A stretch of DNA of 63,062 nucleotides from Flavobacteriales bacterium UBA6772 (GCA_905182215.1 CAJJAI010000002.1:1-63062); one strand, 5' to 3'; shown: positions 49,686-60,612, counted from the first letter of the stretch. Numbers and translations: made by a program. Notes: generated from the sequence alone by a model not told the origin.

Positions 49686-50930
49686 TTGAAGTCTATAACC
49701 ACCAATAAACACAAAATTCTTAACGATCCAATTTACGGGTTTACAACAATCCCTAACGAGCTTATTTTCGACCTTATAGAACACCCTTATTATCAAAGGC
49801 TTCGAAGGATAACTCAACTAGGGCTTACGTACTTAGTATACCCTGGTGCTTATCACACTAGATTCCACCATGCTTTAGGTGCAATGCATTTGATGCAAAA
49901 AGCGGTAAAGACACTTCAATCTAAAGGACACGAAATAACCGAAGAAGAAGAAATAGCCGTATTAATTGCTATTTTATTACACGATATTGGACATGGTCCG
50001 TTTTCGCATGCATTAGAACATAGTATAGTAAATGGCATTAATCATGAGCATATCTCTATGATGATCATGGATAAGCTTAACGAAGAATTTGACGGTAAAT
50101 TGTCGTTAGCTATTCAAATTTTCCAAAACAAGTACCCTAAATTATTTTTACACCAGCTTATTTCTAGTCAGCTCGATGTAGATAGACTTGATTATTTAAA
50201 AAGAGATAGCTTTTATTCGGGCGTTTCGGAAGGTGTAATAAACTCCGATAGAATTATAAGCATGTTTAATGTGAGTAGGGGTGAATTAGTAGTGGATGCT
50301 AAAGCTATTTATTCAGTAGAGAAATTCATTATAGCGCGTAGACTCATGTACTGGCAGGTATATTTACACAAAGCGGTATTATCGGCTGAATTTAGTTTGG
50401 TTGAAGTTTTAAAAAGAGCAAAATTCTTAGTTCAAAATGGACATGATTTATTTGCAACTTCAGCATTCAAACAGTTTTTGAAAAACAACTATAGTTTAGA
50501 AGATTTCAATTCAAACGAAAAGCTACTCGACCTTTTTTGCCAGTTAGATGATTTTGATATCATGACATCTATTAAAGAATGGATGAATTACGATGATAAA
50601 GTACTCTCTTTACTGAGTAAAAAAATCATCCAACGAAAGCTATTGAAAATTGAACTTCAAGACCAACCATTCGAGGAATCTTACGTGCAAAGTATTCGTA
50701 CTAAAGTAGAGGAAACATATAAACTAAACTCTAGTGAGAGTCAACATTTAGTATTCTCAAACAATATTAAAAACACCGCTTACAACCCCAAAAAAGACAA
50801 AATAAATTTACTCTATAAAGAGGGAACTATTGTAGACATATCAGAGGCTGCAGATCAATTAAACATATCTGTTTTAGCTAAAACGGTAACAAAGTATTTT
50901 CTGTGTTATCCAAAGGAGTGTGTACACTAG
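49686..50930 (+). CDS. HD-domain phosphohydrolase (dNTP triphosphohydrolase-like)
   Basis: QRLRRITQLG, HTRFHHALG, LLHDIGHGPFSH, LDVDRLDYL, MYWQVYLHK; TTG start. Confidence 0.92.
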   Translation: MKSITTNKHKILNDPIYGFTTIPNELIFDLIEHPYYQRLRRITQLGLTYLVYPGAYHTRFHHALGAMHLMQKAVKTLQSKGHEITEEEEIAVLIAILLHDIGHGPFSHALEHSIVNGINHEHISMMIMDKLNEEFDGKLSLAIQIFQNKYPKLFLHQLISSQLDVDRLDYLKRDSFYSGVSEGVINSDRIISMFNVSRGELVVDAKAIYSVEKFIIARRLMYWQVYLHKAVLSAEFSLVEVLKRAKFLVQNGHDLFATSAFKQFLKNNYSLEDFNSNEKLLDLFCQLDDFDIMTSIKEWMNYDDKVLSLLSKKIIQRKLLKIELQDQPFEESYVQSIRTKVEETYKLNSSESQHLVFSNNIKNTAYNPKKDKINLLYKEGTIVDISEAADQLNISVLAKTVTKYFLCYPKECVH

Positions 50931-50952
50931 AAAATTTGTAATTTAGCGCCGT

Positions 50953-51978
50953 ATGAAATTTACCGCAGCACAGATAGCAGAACTGCTTGAAGGAACAGTA
51001 GAGGGTGATCCAAATGTAATTTTGAATCAGCTAACTAAAATTGAAGAGGGAGTACCAAACTCACTCTCGTTTTTAGCGAACCCCAAATACACTGAATACC
51101 TATATGGTACTCAGTCTTCGGTTGTGATAGTGAACAACACTTTTAAACCCGAAAAACCTTTTATCACCACTCTTATTAGAGTTAAAGATGCTTATGCTTC
51201 TTTTGCTCAACTGATGCGTATCGTAGAAGACTTACAAAAAGAAAAATCGGGGATTGAAATCCCAAGCTTCATCCACCATAGCTCAACAATTGGAGAAGAT
51301 GTTTATATAGGTGCGTTCGCATATATTGGACAGAATGTACGTATTGGAAAAAAAGTGAAAATTTACCCAAATTGTTATATTGGCGACAATGTACATATTG
51401 GTGATGACTGCACGCTGTACGCTGGTGTAAAGATTTACGAAAACTGCGAAATCAAAAACTTTACCACTATTCATGCGGGAGCTGTAATTGGTGCTGATGG
51501 ATTTGGATTTGCTCCTAATACAGGGAATTCGTACGATAAAATTCCACAAATTGGTAATGTCCTCATAAACGAAGGAGTTGAAATTGGTGCAAATACGTGT
51601 ATCGATAGAGCTACAATGGGATCAACAATTATACATAAAGGTGTTAAGTTAGATAACTTAATTCAAATTGCACACAATGTAGAAATTGGAGAAAATACGG
51701 TTATCGCTTCTCAAACAGCTGTTGCAGGCTCTAGTAAAGTTGGTAGCAATTGTATGATTGGTGGACAAGTTGCAATTGCGGGACATTTAACTGTAGCAAA
51801 TAATGTTAAAATTGCTGGGAAAACTGGTATTGCTGGAGATGTAAAAGTAGAAGGCCTAATTCTACAAGGCCCAATAGCATTCGGTATAAAAGACTTTCAA
51901 CGTTCGTATATCTACTTTAGGAAATTACCTAAAATAGTGAGCCGTCTTGAAGAATTAGAAAAACAGCTTAGCAAATAA
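50953..51978 (+). CDS. lpxD: UDP-3-O-acyl-glucosamine N-acyltransferase
   Basis: Hexapeptide repeats, [28 protein letters not shown]. Confidence 0.97.
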   Translation: MKFTAAQIAELLEGTVEGDPNVILNQLTKIEEGVPNSLSFLANPKYTEYLYGTQSSVVIVNNTFKPEKPFITTLIRVKDAYASFAQLMRIVEDLQKEKSGIEIPSFIHHSSTIGEDVYIGAFAYIGQNVRIGKKVKIYPNCYIGDNVHIGDDCTLYAGVKIYENCEIKNFTTIHAGAVIGADGFGFAPNTGNSYDKIPQIGNVLINEGVEIGANTCIDRATMGSTIIHKGVKLDNLIQIAHNVEIGENTVIASQTAVAGSSKVGSNCMIGGQVAIAGHLTVANNVKIAGKTGIAGDVKVEGLILQGPIAFGIKDFQRSYIYFRKLPKIVSRLEELEKQLSK

Positions 51979-51981
51979 TAA

Positions 51982-53367
51982 ATGGATCAACAACACAGCA
52001 TAAAACGAGAAGTTAGTATTAGTGGTATTGGACTGCATACTGGACAAGAGGTAACAATTACTTTTAAACCAGCACCAATAGATCACGGAATAAGCTTTAA
52101 GAGAATGGATCTGGAAGGGCAACCCATTATTGAAGCCGATGCTAAGTATGTTACTGAGACTGATAGAGGTACAACGCTAGATAAAAAAGGTGCTAAGCTC
52201 CAAACTATAGAACACGTTCTTGCGGCTTGCGCAGGACTTAGACTAGATAATTTACTAATTGAGCTTACTGGAGAAGAGCCGCCTATTTTAGATGGAAGTG
52301 CAATTCAGTTTATCAAAGCTTTAAAAGAAGCTGAACCGCAACCACAAAATGCGATGCGTAAATACTTCGTGGTTCGAGAGGAAATCTGCTTTGAGGATCC
52401 TGCAACTGGAATTAAAATTCAAGCTTTCCCCGCAGATGAATTTAGTGTTTCTGTGAGTATAGATTATAACTCTAAAGTACTAGGTAACCAACAAACGGAA
52501 TTAAAATCTCTAAACGATTTTGAAGCAGAATTTGCTGATGCACGTACTTTCTGTTTCTTACACGAATTAGAATTACTATTAAAGCATGGCCTTATTAAAG
52601 GGGGCGATTTAAGTAATGCTATTGTGTATGTTGAGGATAAGGTTGAAGAAGAAGAACTAAACAGATTGGCTTCTGTTTTCAAGAAAGAGACTATAGGCGT
52701 TTGTAAAGATGGCTACTTAAACAACCTTTCTTTAAGACATGCTGATGAAGCTGCCCGACACAAATTACTAGATGTTGTTGGAGACTTAATGCTCGTTGGA
52801 GCACCTATAAAAGGAAAAATTATAGCACACAAACCTGGGCATGGACCTAACACATCCTTTGCGAAGCTTATAAAAGAAGTAATGAAAAAACAAAAGAACT
52901 TACCTCCTGTTTACGACCAAAATGTAGCACCTGTAATGGATATAAATCAAATTATGGATACCCTACCACATAGACCGCCATTTTTATTAGTAGATAAAAT
53001 TTTGGAGCTAGAAGAAAGTAGAGTTGTTGGATTGAAAAATGTGACGATGAACGAAGACTTTTTCAATGGTCATTTCCCTGGTTCACCGGTAATGCCAGGA
53101 GTATTACAAATTGAAGCTATGGCACAAGTAGGCGGAATATTAATCCTTAACACTGTTCCAGACCCAGAAAACTACCTTACTTATTTTATGAAAATAGACA
53201 AGGTTAAATTCAAACATAAAGTTTTGCCTGGAGACACTTTAATATTCGAAATGGAGTTAGTAAGTCCTATAAGAAGAGGGATTTGCCATATGTTTGGGCG
53301 TGCCTTTGTAGGCAACAAAATTGTGATGGAAGGTGAACTAATGGCGCAAATTGCTAAAAAGAAATAA
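51982..53367 (+). CDS. lpxC: Bifunctional LpxC deacetylase / FabZ dehydratase
   Basis: GIGLHTG, TIEHVLAA, RHKLLDVVGD (LpxC); LPHRPPFLLVD, FNGHFP, MPGVLQIEAMAQ (FabZ). Confidence 0.97.
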   Translation: MDQQHSIKREVSISGIGLHTGQEVTITFKPAPIDHGISFKRMDLEGQPIIEADAKYVTETDRGTTLDKKGAKLQTIEHVLAACAGLRLDNLLIELTGEEPPILDGSAIQFIKALKEAEPQPQNAMRKYFVVREEICFEDPATGIKIQAFPADEFSVSVSIDYNSKVLGNQQTELKSLNDFEAEFADARTFCFLHELELLLKHGLIKGGDLSNAIVYVEDKVEEEELNRLASVFKKETIGVCKDGYLNNLSLRHADEAARHKLLDVVGDLMLVGAPIKGKIIAHKPGHGPNTSFAKLIKEVMKKQKNLPPVYDQNVAPVMDINQIMDTLPHRPPFLLVDKILELEESRVVGLKNVTMNEDFFNGHFPGSPVMPGVLQIEAMAQVGGILILNTVPDPENYLTYFMKIDKVKFKHKVLPGDTLIFEMELVSPIRRGICHMFGRAFVGNKIVMEGELMAQIAKKK

Positions 53368-53368
53368 G

Positions 53369-54151
53369 ATGAATCAACCACTTGCATACATACACCCCCA
53401 ATCGAAAATAGCTCAAAATGTAGTTATTGAACCTTTCGCTACTATTAATAAGAATGTAGAAATTGGTGAAGGAACTTGGATTGGGTCGAACGTTACCATT
53501 ATGGAAGGCGCTAGAATTGGAAAGAATTGTAGGATTTTTCCTGGTGCAGTAATTTCTGCGATTCCACAAGATTTAAAATTTGGTGGTGAAGACACCCTTG
53601 TTATCATTGGTGATAACACAACCATTAGAGAGTGTGTTACTATTAATAGAGGGACTGAAGCTTCTGGAAAAACAGTGGTTGGAGACAATTGCTTACTCAT
53701 GGCTTATGCACACGTAGCACACGATTGTGTTATTGGAAATCACTGTATTATTGTAAATAATGTAGCCATTGGTGGACACGTAACACTTGGCGATTACGCT
53801 ATTTTAGGCGGTTTATCTGCAGTACATCAATTTGTTAAAATTGGAGCGCATGCAATGATTTCCGGTGGCTCGTTAATTAGAAAAGATATTCCACCCTATG
53901 TAAAAGCGGCAAAAGAGCCCGTTTCTTTTGTAGGTATAAATTCTATTGGCTTACGTAGAAGAGGCTTCTCTTCTGATAAAATTGCGGAAATACAGAACAT
54001 ATACAGACAGTTGTTCCAATCGAACAATAATACTTCTCAAGCATTAGAAATTATAGATACTGACTTTCCTGCTAGTAAGGTAAGAGATGAAATTACAAGC
54101 TTTATCCGTTCTTCTCAGAGAGGAATTATGAAAGGTTACGCCTCCAAATAG
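53369..54151 (+). CDS. lpxA: Acyl-ACP--UDP-GlcNAc O-acyltransferase
   Basis: PQDLKF, IRECVTINRGT, HVAHDC, VHQF, GINSIGLRRRG; ATG 53369. Confidence 0.97.
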   Translation: MNQPLAYIHPQSKIAQNVVIEPFATINKNVEIGEGTWIGSNVTIMEGARIGKNCRIFPGAVISAIPQDLKFGGEDTLVIIGDNTTIRECVTINRGTEASGKTVVGDNCLLMAYAHVAHDCVIGNHCIIVNNVAIGGHVTLGDYAILGGLSAVHQFVKIGAHAMISGGSLIRKDIPPYVKAAKEPVSFVGINSIGLRRRGFSSDKIAEIQNIYRQLFQSNNNTSQALEIIDTDFPASKVRDEITSFIRSSQRGIMKGYASK

Positions 54152-54774
54152 TGAGCTTACAATTAATAAATATTGCCAAGAGATTTCAAAAAGATTGGGT
54201 TTTCAGAAATGTGTCTTACACATTTCAAATACCAGGTGCTTATGTAATTAAGGGTGCTAATGGATCGGGGAAATCTACATTACTAAAATTAATTTCTAGT
54301 TTCTTAACTTCCACCGAAGGGACGCAAAAACTAGAACTTAAAGGTGAATCGATAGAGATAGAAAAATGGCCTGAACATATCACTTATGCCGCTCCATATT
54401 TCGAATTGATTAATGAGATGTATTTAACCGAATTTTTAGTGTTTTACACAAAGTTCAAACCGCTACAAAACGGTATTTCAATCGAAAATTTTATTGAAAT
54501 TACTTATTTAGAGGACTCATCAGAAAAACTCATTAAAAATTTCTCATCTGGAATGAAACAAAGACTTCGATTAGCATTAGCATGGTTAAGCGAATCGAGT
54601 ATTATTCTTTTAGATGAACCTACCTCTAACTTAGATGAAAAAGGGATAGAATGGTATAAGGACTTAGCAAACACATACTCAAAAAACAAACTAGTAATCG
54701 TTTGTTCGAACAATATAGAAGACGAATACTTTTTTTGTAAAAACACACTTCACATTGAAGATTTAAAACATTAA
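54151..54774 (+). CDS. Stand-alone ABC-type ATPase (CcmA-like)
   Basis: GANGSGKS, FSSGMKQR, LLDEPTSNLD; GTG overlaps the lpxA stop; no permease adjacent. Confidence 0.88.
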   Translation: MSLQLINIAKRFQKDWVFRNVSYTFQIPGAYVIKGANGSGKSTLLKLISSFLTSTEGTQKLELKGESIEIEKWPEHITYAAPYFELINEMYLTEFLVFYTKFKPLQNGISIENFIEITYLEDSSEKLIKNFSSGMKQRLRLALAWLSESSIILLDEPTSNLDEKGIEWYKDLANTYSKNKLVIVCSNNIEDEYFFCKNTLHIEDLKH

Positions 54775-54819
54775 AAGCCTCAAATTAAATTAATATCTTG
54801 GACACCTAAATTTTCCATT

Positions 54820-55386
54820 ATGGCAAGTACATCAGACATTAAAAACGGATTGTGTATAAAACACAACCACGATTTATTTAAAATCATAGAATTCCTTCAT
54901 GTAAAACCAGGTAAAGGACCTGCTTTTGTGAGAACCAAACTAAGGAGCTTAACTACAGGAAAGGTACTAGACAATACTTTCCCTTCAGGCTCGAAAATTG
55001 AAGCTGTAAGAGTTGAATCAAGAAGATATCAATACTTATACCCTGAAGATGGTGGGTTTCACTTTATGCATACGGAGACTTTCGAACAGATTTTCCTAGA
55101 GAAAACGATCGTTGGAGGATATCAGTTTATGAAAGAAGGTGAAATTGTAGAAGTTGTATTTGATGCTGATGAAGAAAACCCACTTACATGTGACGTGCCT
55201 TCTTCTGTAGTATTAGAAGTTACTTACACAGAACCAGGAGAAAAAGGAAATACGGCTACAAATGCTCTAAAACCTGCAACTGTAGAGACTGGTGCAACAG
55301 TAAACGTACCACTCTTTATTAACGAAGGAGATAAAATTAAAATTGACACTACAAAAGGTGCTTATCAAGAAAGAGTTAGGTCTTAA
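54820..55386 (+). CDS. efp: Elongation factor P
   Basis: HVKPGKGPAFVR, PGEKGNTA, VPLFINEGD. Confidence 0.98.
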   Translation: MASTSDIKNGLCIKHNHDLFKIIEFLHVKPGKGPAFVRTKLRSLTTGKVLDNTFPSGSKIEAVRVESRRYQYLYPEDGGFHFMHTETFEQIFLEKTIVGGYQFMKEGEIVEVVFDADEENPLTCDVPSSVVLEVTYTEPGEKGNTATNALKPATVETGATVNVPLFINEGDKIKIDTTKGAYQERVRS

Positions 55387-55404
55387 TTGGTCATTTTACA
55401 ACAC

Positions 55405-55435
55405 AAAAAAGAGGCGCAAATGCGCCTCTTTTTTT
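55405..55435. terminator. Bidirectional terminator between efp and O-antigen ligase gene
   Basis: AAAAAAGAGGCGCA-AA-TGCGCCTCTTTTTTT inverted repeat with A/T runs on both sides. Confidence 0.88.
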
Positions 55436-56870
55436 ATGCAGTAATTTCTTTATTTTGATGTCGTTGATCTAAAACTACTATAATAGCAACAAAAGCCCAA
55501 ATAGGAACTGAAGCTTTATCCATGTCTAAAAAATTATTCAAAAAGGCATGAGTAAAATAAGTAATTAAGCCCAAAATACACGCCATTAACATCCATTGCT
55601 CCTGCCGATCTTCTAATTTGTGATACAAAACAATAGCCTTAGTTAATATCAAACCAATCATAACAATAAAAATTAACAAACCAGGCCAACCAGTTTCTGC
55701 GAGCATACTCAAATATTCACTATGGGCATTCCCCATATTCCCCGCATTTGTACTAATAAGAGTTTTCTCGTAATAATTTTGATAGGGTGCATAGTTAAAT
55801 TGATATGTTCCTGAACCCCAGCCCAAGTGAGGCCTCTCCTTAAATAATCGAATTGCTGATTTCCAGCGATTTATACGCTCTAGATTGGAGGCGTCAGTAC
55901 TCACATTAGACATTGATGCTATATGCTCGGTAAAACTATCGGATGAATCTTGGCTATTCTTTTCCAAAGCCATTAAAATGTCGGTTTGAAAAAGAAGTAC
56001 AAAACCTATAACGAAGGCAGTAACTGTTAACAGCAAAGAAAATCGAATTCTTAATTTCATTACTATATACACACCAAAAGCAGCAATTAAACTTAACCAA
56101 GCAGCTCTTGTATAAGATAAAACTGTAGCTAATAATAGAATGATTAAAATAGTAGAAAACAAAGCACTTATTTTATCCTTACTAGCCCACTTACGCATGT
56201 AAAAACCAAAAGGAAGTATGAGAGCTAATGCCATTCCATACGAAGTATGGTCTTTAAAAAATGGGGACATCACCCAATGGGCAGCTTCGTGTTCAAAGCC
56301 TTTTGTAGCATGCATAACAATGGTGTAGACTGCAACTAACGCTAAGCCTAATAAATAGGCTTTTACAAACTTATGAATGTTTTTATTTTCTTGAAACCAT
56401 GCATAAGCTAAGACATAAAAACTACTAATAAACCACAGTCTAGTAATGAGCAATTTTATAGAAGCCATTGGCACAGAACTACTAATAGCTGTAATAAACA
56501 ACCATACTAAATACACTGTTATAGCAATTGAGATTGGATGTCGATATAAATTTTTAAAGAGCTCTTTATCGCTAAACATTTTCACCCAAGCAATAATCAT
56601 TAATCCAAACAATAAAGGTTCGGTGGGTAAAGACATTTCAATTCCTATAGGATTGTAGATCCCCAATTCTTGGAGGCTGGTAGACATAGGAGTCAAAAAA
56701 GCGACCAAAGTCAATAACAAATCAACTCTTAAAATTGCCATAGAAATTACACCAATGGCAAAAGGAATAAATATTCCCCAATATTTTTCTTCGGCGATCA
56801 AATAAGTATTCCCTACTATAAATAGTAAAACTAAGAATACAAATATATAGTGGCGTTGCTTTTTAGTCAA
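55434..56870 (-). CDS. O-antigen ligase/Wzy_C-family membrane protein
   Basis: About 12 TMs, LSYTRAAW, SNLERINRW, GWGSG, AHSEYL...ETG. Confidence 0.9.
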   Translation of the reverse strand: MTKKQRHYIFVFLVLLFIVGNTYLIAEEKYWGIFIPFAIGVISMAILRVDLLLTLVAFLTPMSTSLQELGIYNPIGIEMSLPTEPLLFGLMIIAWVKMFSDKELFKNLYRHPISIAITVYLVWLFITAISSSVPMASIKLLITRLWFISSFYVLAYAWFQENKNIHKFVKAYLLGLALVAVYTIVMHATKGFEHEAAHWVMSPFFKDHTSYGMALALILPFGFYMRKWASKDKISALFSTILIILLLATVLSYTRAAWLSLIAAFGVYIVMKLRIRFSLLLTVTAFVIGFVLLFQTDILMALEKNSQDSSDSFTEHIASMSNVSTDASNLERINRWKSAIRLFKERPHLGWGSGTYQFNYAPYQNYYEKTLISTNAGNMGNAHSEYLSMLAETGWPGLLIFIVMIGLILTKAIVLYHKLEDRQEQWMLMACILGLITYFTHAFLNNFLDMDKASVPIWAFVAIIVVLDQRHQNKEITA

Positions 56871-57873
56871 TGTTAGCGTTTGAAATGGTCTGACGAATGT
56901 ATAATAAAACCAATGTCATAATAAAGGCACTCATTCCAGCAAAAACTACAATTAACCATCTTATAGGATAGGCTTTTTTATCGGCTGGCACAGCTCTATT
57001 AATCACAAACCTATTCGTTAGTTCTCCGTCTATCTCAATGCGTATGTTTTCTTTTTCGAAACGGATAATATTTAATTGTTCTTGTACCAACTCCAACTCT
57101 TCAAAAAGTCTAAAATAATCGCCACCATAGAGAGCCAGATTATTAAATTCTTTTTTTAGCGCTCTCGCTCCACTAGTATTTCCATTAGCCAAAGCTTGTG
57201 CATAATATTCTGTTAACCTTTCAGCTTGTAAAGAAACATCTAACACACCATGAGACCTTAACACTTCTAAGGAATCGTGTAAAGAAAATAACCTTGTGGT
57301 TAAATCGGCATCTCTATTCTCTAAAATCACCAAAGCTTGTTCTGCACGTTCTTGTTTTACTCTTTTAACAACAACATCTATTAAATCAACCATTCTATTA
57401 CACATAGCGGCTGCAAGCTTAGGTTCTTCGTCTAAAACTTCAATTTTTATAGACATTAATTCTGTTCGTTTAAAACTAAAATGCTCGTTAAAAGCTAAGT
57501 TCATCCATGTATTTGCATGCTCTGCATCTGGATTAATCTCATAATGTTCAAACAAACCAAATTCTTGAATAATCTGGTTCTTCATTTCATCGGTATTTAA
57601 AATCTGAAGTAAGCGTTCTGCTTCCAGTTCTTCTCCAAACTCTAAAACATCTTTTCTATATGGATTGTGTTCAACCAATAAAGCCTGTGAAATAGAATTG
57701 GTGGTGGTAGGGTAAATTACCGAGGTCGCCTTAAAGGTAGGTGTAATAATTAATGGCGATGATATAATAGCACCTAAAACAATGGCTATAAAAGTGAATA
57801 TACTAAGTGGTCTTCTCCACTTAAATAAATCTAAGAGTATGTTTCCTGAATTAGAAAGTGATGCTTTGCTCAT
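56863..57873 (-). CDS. Wzz-like polysaccharide chain-length determinant
   Basis: Two TMs flanking a coiled-coil periplasmic domain, AVPADKKAYPIRWLIV; -7 box TATATTTG at 57897-57904. Confidence 0.85.
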   Translation of the reverse strand: MSKASLSNSGNILLDLFKWRRPLSIFTFIAIVLGAIISSPLIITPTFKATSVIYPTTTNSISQALLVEHNPYRKDVLEFGEELEAERLLQILNTDEMKNQIIQEFGLFEHYEINPDAEHANTWMNLAFNEHFSFKRTELMSIKIEVLDEEPKLAAAMCNRMVDLIDVVVKRVKQERAEQALVILENRDADLTTRLFSLHDSLEVLRSHGVLDVSLQAERLTEYYAQALANGNTSGARALKKEFNNLALYGGDYFRLFEELELVQEQLNIIRFEKENIRIEIDGELTNRFVINRAVPADKKAYPIRWLIVVFAGMSAFIMTLVLLYIRQTISNANID

Positions 57874-57959
57874 TGTAATTTTAATTTAATTTCAGCCAAA
57901 TATACAAAAATCGACAGTTTTTTTAAAGCAATAAACTGCTCAATATTTAGACGGAGTAT

Positions 57960-59399
57960 TTATTCGTTTTTTATAATCTGTATCATTTTCCTTATCGGAA
58001 TCATATGAATACTAAAGGCAAATAAGAAAGAAAGTGTCACGAAAACTAGTATTGCTAGAGTCCAACTTACAAAGTATAAATGAGTAATGTAAGCAATTAA
58101 AAACACACCCATCACAAAGCCTACAAACTGTACGCCTCCTTTTAAAGACGGTTTAAATTGGAACGTTTTATTAGCAAAAAGCACTTGTACAACGGAAACT
58201 AATAATTGAGTAATTAAACTTGCTACGGCAGAACCAAGAGCCTGCCACTTGGGTATAAACACTAAGTTTAATCCGATATTTATGAGTACTGCAAAACCAG
58301 CTAATACGTTTAAAAATTTCAAATTTCCATTTGCCGTTAAGAGTGTACCAAAAATGTAGGTTGTAGAGATACACACAAAACAGAACATGAGTACCGAAAA
58401 CAAATGCACCGACTGGCTACTTAAATCTGTGTACCGCCAATGCATAATTTCATCTCCAAACTGGAAACAAAGAACACTTACTATAAGCGCACCCGAAAAT
58501 ATCATTTTAAATGATATTTCAACAATCCCCACTAAGCTCTGATTAGCTTTTATCATTTTAGAAAAAATGGGCAACAAGAGGACAGAAAAAAGGTAAGCCA
58601 CCATATTTCCTGCTTCAAAAAAACGATAAGCTTGAGCATAATATCCTACTTGTTTGTTTCCATCGGTTAACATTTTCTCAAGCATTATGGTATCACTCCT
58701 ATAATAAAAAGTCATCAATAGAATTAGTAATGCGTAGGGTAAACTTTGTTTTATGATAGCCAGAGAAAACAATCTATTGAATTTTATTTTCACAAATTCG
58801 GCCTTTTTCCAAACCCACCATAAAGCAACTAATAAGGTTATGGAGTACGAAAGTGTTTGTGCATAAACAAACCACTCTATTTCAAATGGCTTATTGGTTA
58901 CATTTCCCCATAGTAACACAGAACAAATAGCAATCATTAAAAACCGATCTAAAACCGACACCACACTATCTTTTACAAACATCTGAACCCCACTTAAATT
59001 GGAGCGCAAATACAATACAACAGCTACAAGACCTTGATTAAAGCTAAGGATAAGCAATAGCTTTAAAGCATAATCGGAATAGCCCCAAACAAAACCTGCT
59101 AGCAGTGTAAAAAGCAGATATACTACAATTAAGAGCAATTTTAAACTAAAAAGTTTCGAAAAATACTTAGAAAGTAAGTGCTCGTTTTGAGCAATATTCT
59201 TGGTATTAAAATTATTGATTCCTATATCGATGAAAATATTAAATAAGAACGAAAAATTAAACAAACTAAAATACAGCCCATAAGACTCTGCCCCAACCCT
59301 ATTAATAATTTCAGCATCGATTCCTAGAATATAGAATGGCTTAATTAGAAAGTTGAGGACCAGTAAGAATAACAAGTTCGTAATAAACTTTTTTTGCAT
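57960..59399 (-). CDS. Wzx-like oligosaccharide flippase
   Basis: Many TMs, YGLYFSL, DIGI, VGYYAQAYR, LNLVFIP; start set at MQKKF (59399). Confidence 0.9.
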   Translation of the reverse strand: MQKKFITNLLFLLVLNFLIKPFYILGIDAEIINRVGAESYGLYFSLFNFSFLFNIFIDIGINNFNTKNIAQNEHLLSKYFSKLFSLKLLLIVVYLLFTLLAGFVWGYSDYALKLLLILSFNQGLVAVVLYLRSNLSGVQMFVKDSVVSVLDRFLMIAICSVLLWGNVTNKPFEIEWFVYAQTLSYSITLLVALWWVWKKAEFVKIKFNRLFSLAIIKQSLPYALLILLMTFYYRSDTIMLEKMLTDGNKQVGYYAQAYRFFEAGNMVAYLFSVLLLPIFSKMIKANQSLVGIVEISFKMIFSGALIVSVLCFQFGDEIMHWRYTDLSSQSVHLFSVLMFCFVCISTTYIFGTLLTANGNLKFLNVLAGFAVLINIGLNLVFIPKWQALGSAVASLITQLLVSVVQVLFANKTFQFKPSLKGGVQFVGFVMGVFLIAYITHLYFVSWTLAILVFVTLSFLFAFSIHMIPIRKMIQIIKNE

Positions 59400-59481
59400 T
59401 GCTTTATTAATTCCAATAGTCAACGTCAAAAAAAAGACATTCGTACTTAATGCGCAACAAAAAACTCTATTTTTGTTACTT

Positions 59482-60612
59482 ATGAGAATTGCTGTTAACA
59501 CAAGACTTTTATTAAAAGATAAATTAGAAGGGATTGGGTGGTACACCTACGAAACACTTTCTAGAATTGTAAAAACTCATCCTGAACATGAGTTTTTTTT
59601 CATTTTCGACAGACCTTACTCAAAAGAATTTATTTTTGAACAAAATGTAACTCCTATTGTTTTAGGCCCACCTACACGACATCCTCTATTATGGTATATA
59701 TGGTTTGAACTTAGACTTCCGAATTTGCTTAAAAAACTAAAAGCAGATTTGTTTTTATCACCAGATGGGTTCCTATCGCTCACAACTAAAACACCATCTA
59801 TAGCCGTTATACACGATATCAATTTCGAACATTATCCAAAAGACTTAAAATTTACTCACAGTACGTTTTACAGATTCTTTTTTAGAAAATATGCATTTAA
59901 GGCAAATCGAATAGTGACGGTTTCTGAATATTCTAAAGAAGATATCTCGAAATTTTACTCTGTAAATAAAGACACGATAGACGTGAGTTTAAATGGAGTA
60001 AATCCAGTCTTTCATCCTATTGGACTAACAGAGCAAATACAAACTCGCAAGCAGTACAGCAAAGGAAAAGACTACTTTCTATTTGTAGGAGCATTACATC
60101 CTAGAAAAAACATTAAACGCTTATTACTGGCATTCGATAGCTTTAAATCGGAAACAAAGTCTAGTAATAAACTGTTAATTGTAGGTGCCAAAATGTGGTG
60201 GAACGATGAACTGAAAATAGCTTTTGAAAGCATTAAACATAAAGAAGATGTAGTTTTTACTGGGCGGAAATCACTGCAAGAGCTGCAATTACTTTATGCA
60301 TCTGCACAAGCATTTTGTTTTGTTCCTTACTTCGAAGGCTTTGGAATCCCAATTGTGGAAGCAATGAAATGTGCCTGTCCTGTAATAACATCTAATTGCA
60401 CCGCCATGCCAGAAGTTGCTGGCGAGGCAGCTCTTTTAGTCGATCCATTTAACGTTGAGGCTATTAAAAACGCTATGATTACAATTGAAAAAGACCCTGT
60501 TTTAAGAGCAGAATTATCAGAAAAAGGACTCATTCATGCTCAGAAATTTAGCTGGAATAGTACTGCAAATGCACTTTGGGGCAGCATAGAAAAAGTACTA
60601 CAAGAATGCTAA
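59482..60612 (+). CDS. Glycosyltransferase family 4
   Basis: [34 protein letters not shown] (EX7E); start set at ATG 59482. Confidence 0.93.
   Translation: MRIAVNTRLLLKDKLEGIGWYTYETLSRIVKTHPEHEFFFIFDRPYSKEFIFEQNVTPIVLGPPTRHPLLWYIWFELRLPNLLKKLKADLFLSPDGFLSLTTKTPSIAVIHDINFEHYPKDLKFTHSTFYRFFFRKYAFKANRIVTVSEYSKEDISKFYSVNKDTIDVSLNGVNPVFHPIGLTEQIQTRKQYSKGKDYFLFVGALHPRKNIKRLLLAFDSFKSETKSSNKLLIVGAKMWWNDELKIAFESIKHKEDVVFTGRKSLQELQLLYASAQAFCFVPYFEGFGIPIVEAMKCACPVITSNCTAMPEVAGEAALLVDPFNVEAIKNAMITIEKDPVLRAELSEKGLIHAQKFSWNSTANALWGSIEKVLQEC

Noticed and set aside
51982-53367. LpxC-FabZ fusion as a novelty
   Set aside because: Standard arrangement in Bacteroidota.
59353-59546. Apparent 194-nt head-to-head overlap of the flippase and GT4 ORFs
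   Set aside because: Artefact of longest-ORF starts; the likely starts at 59399 and 59482 leave an ordinary divergent spacer.
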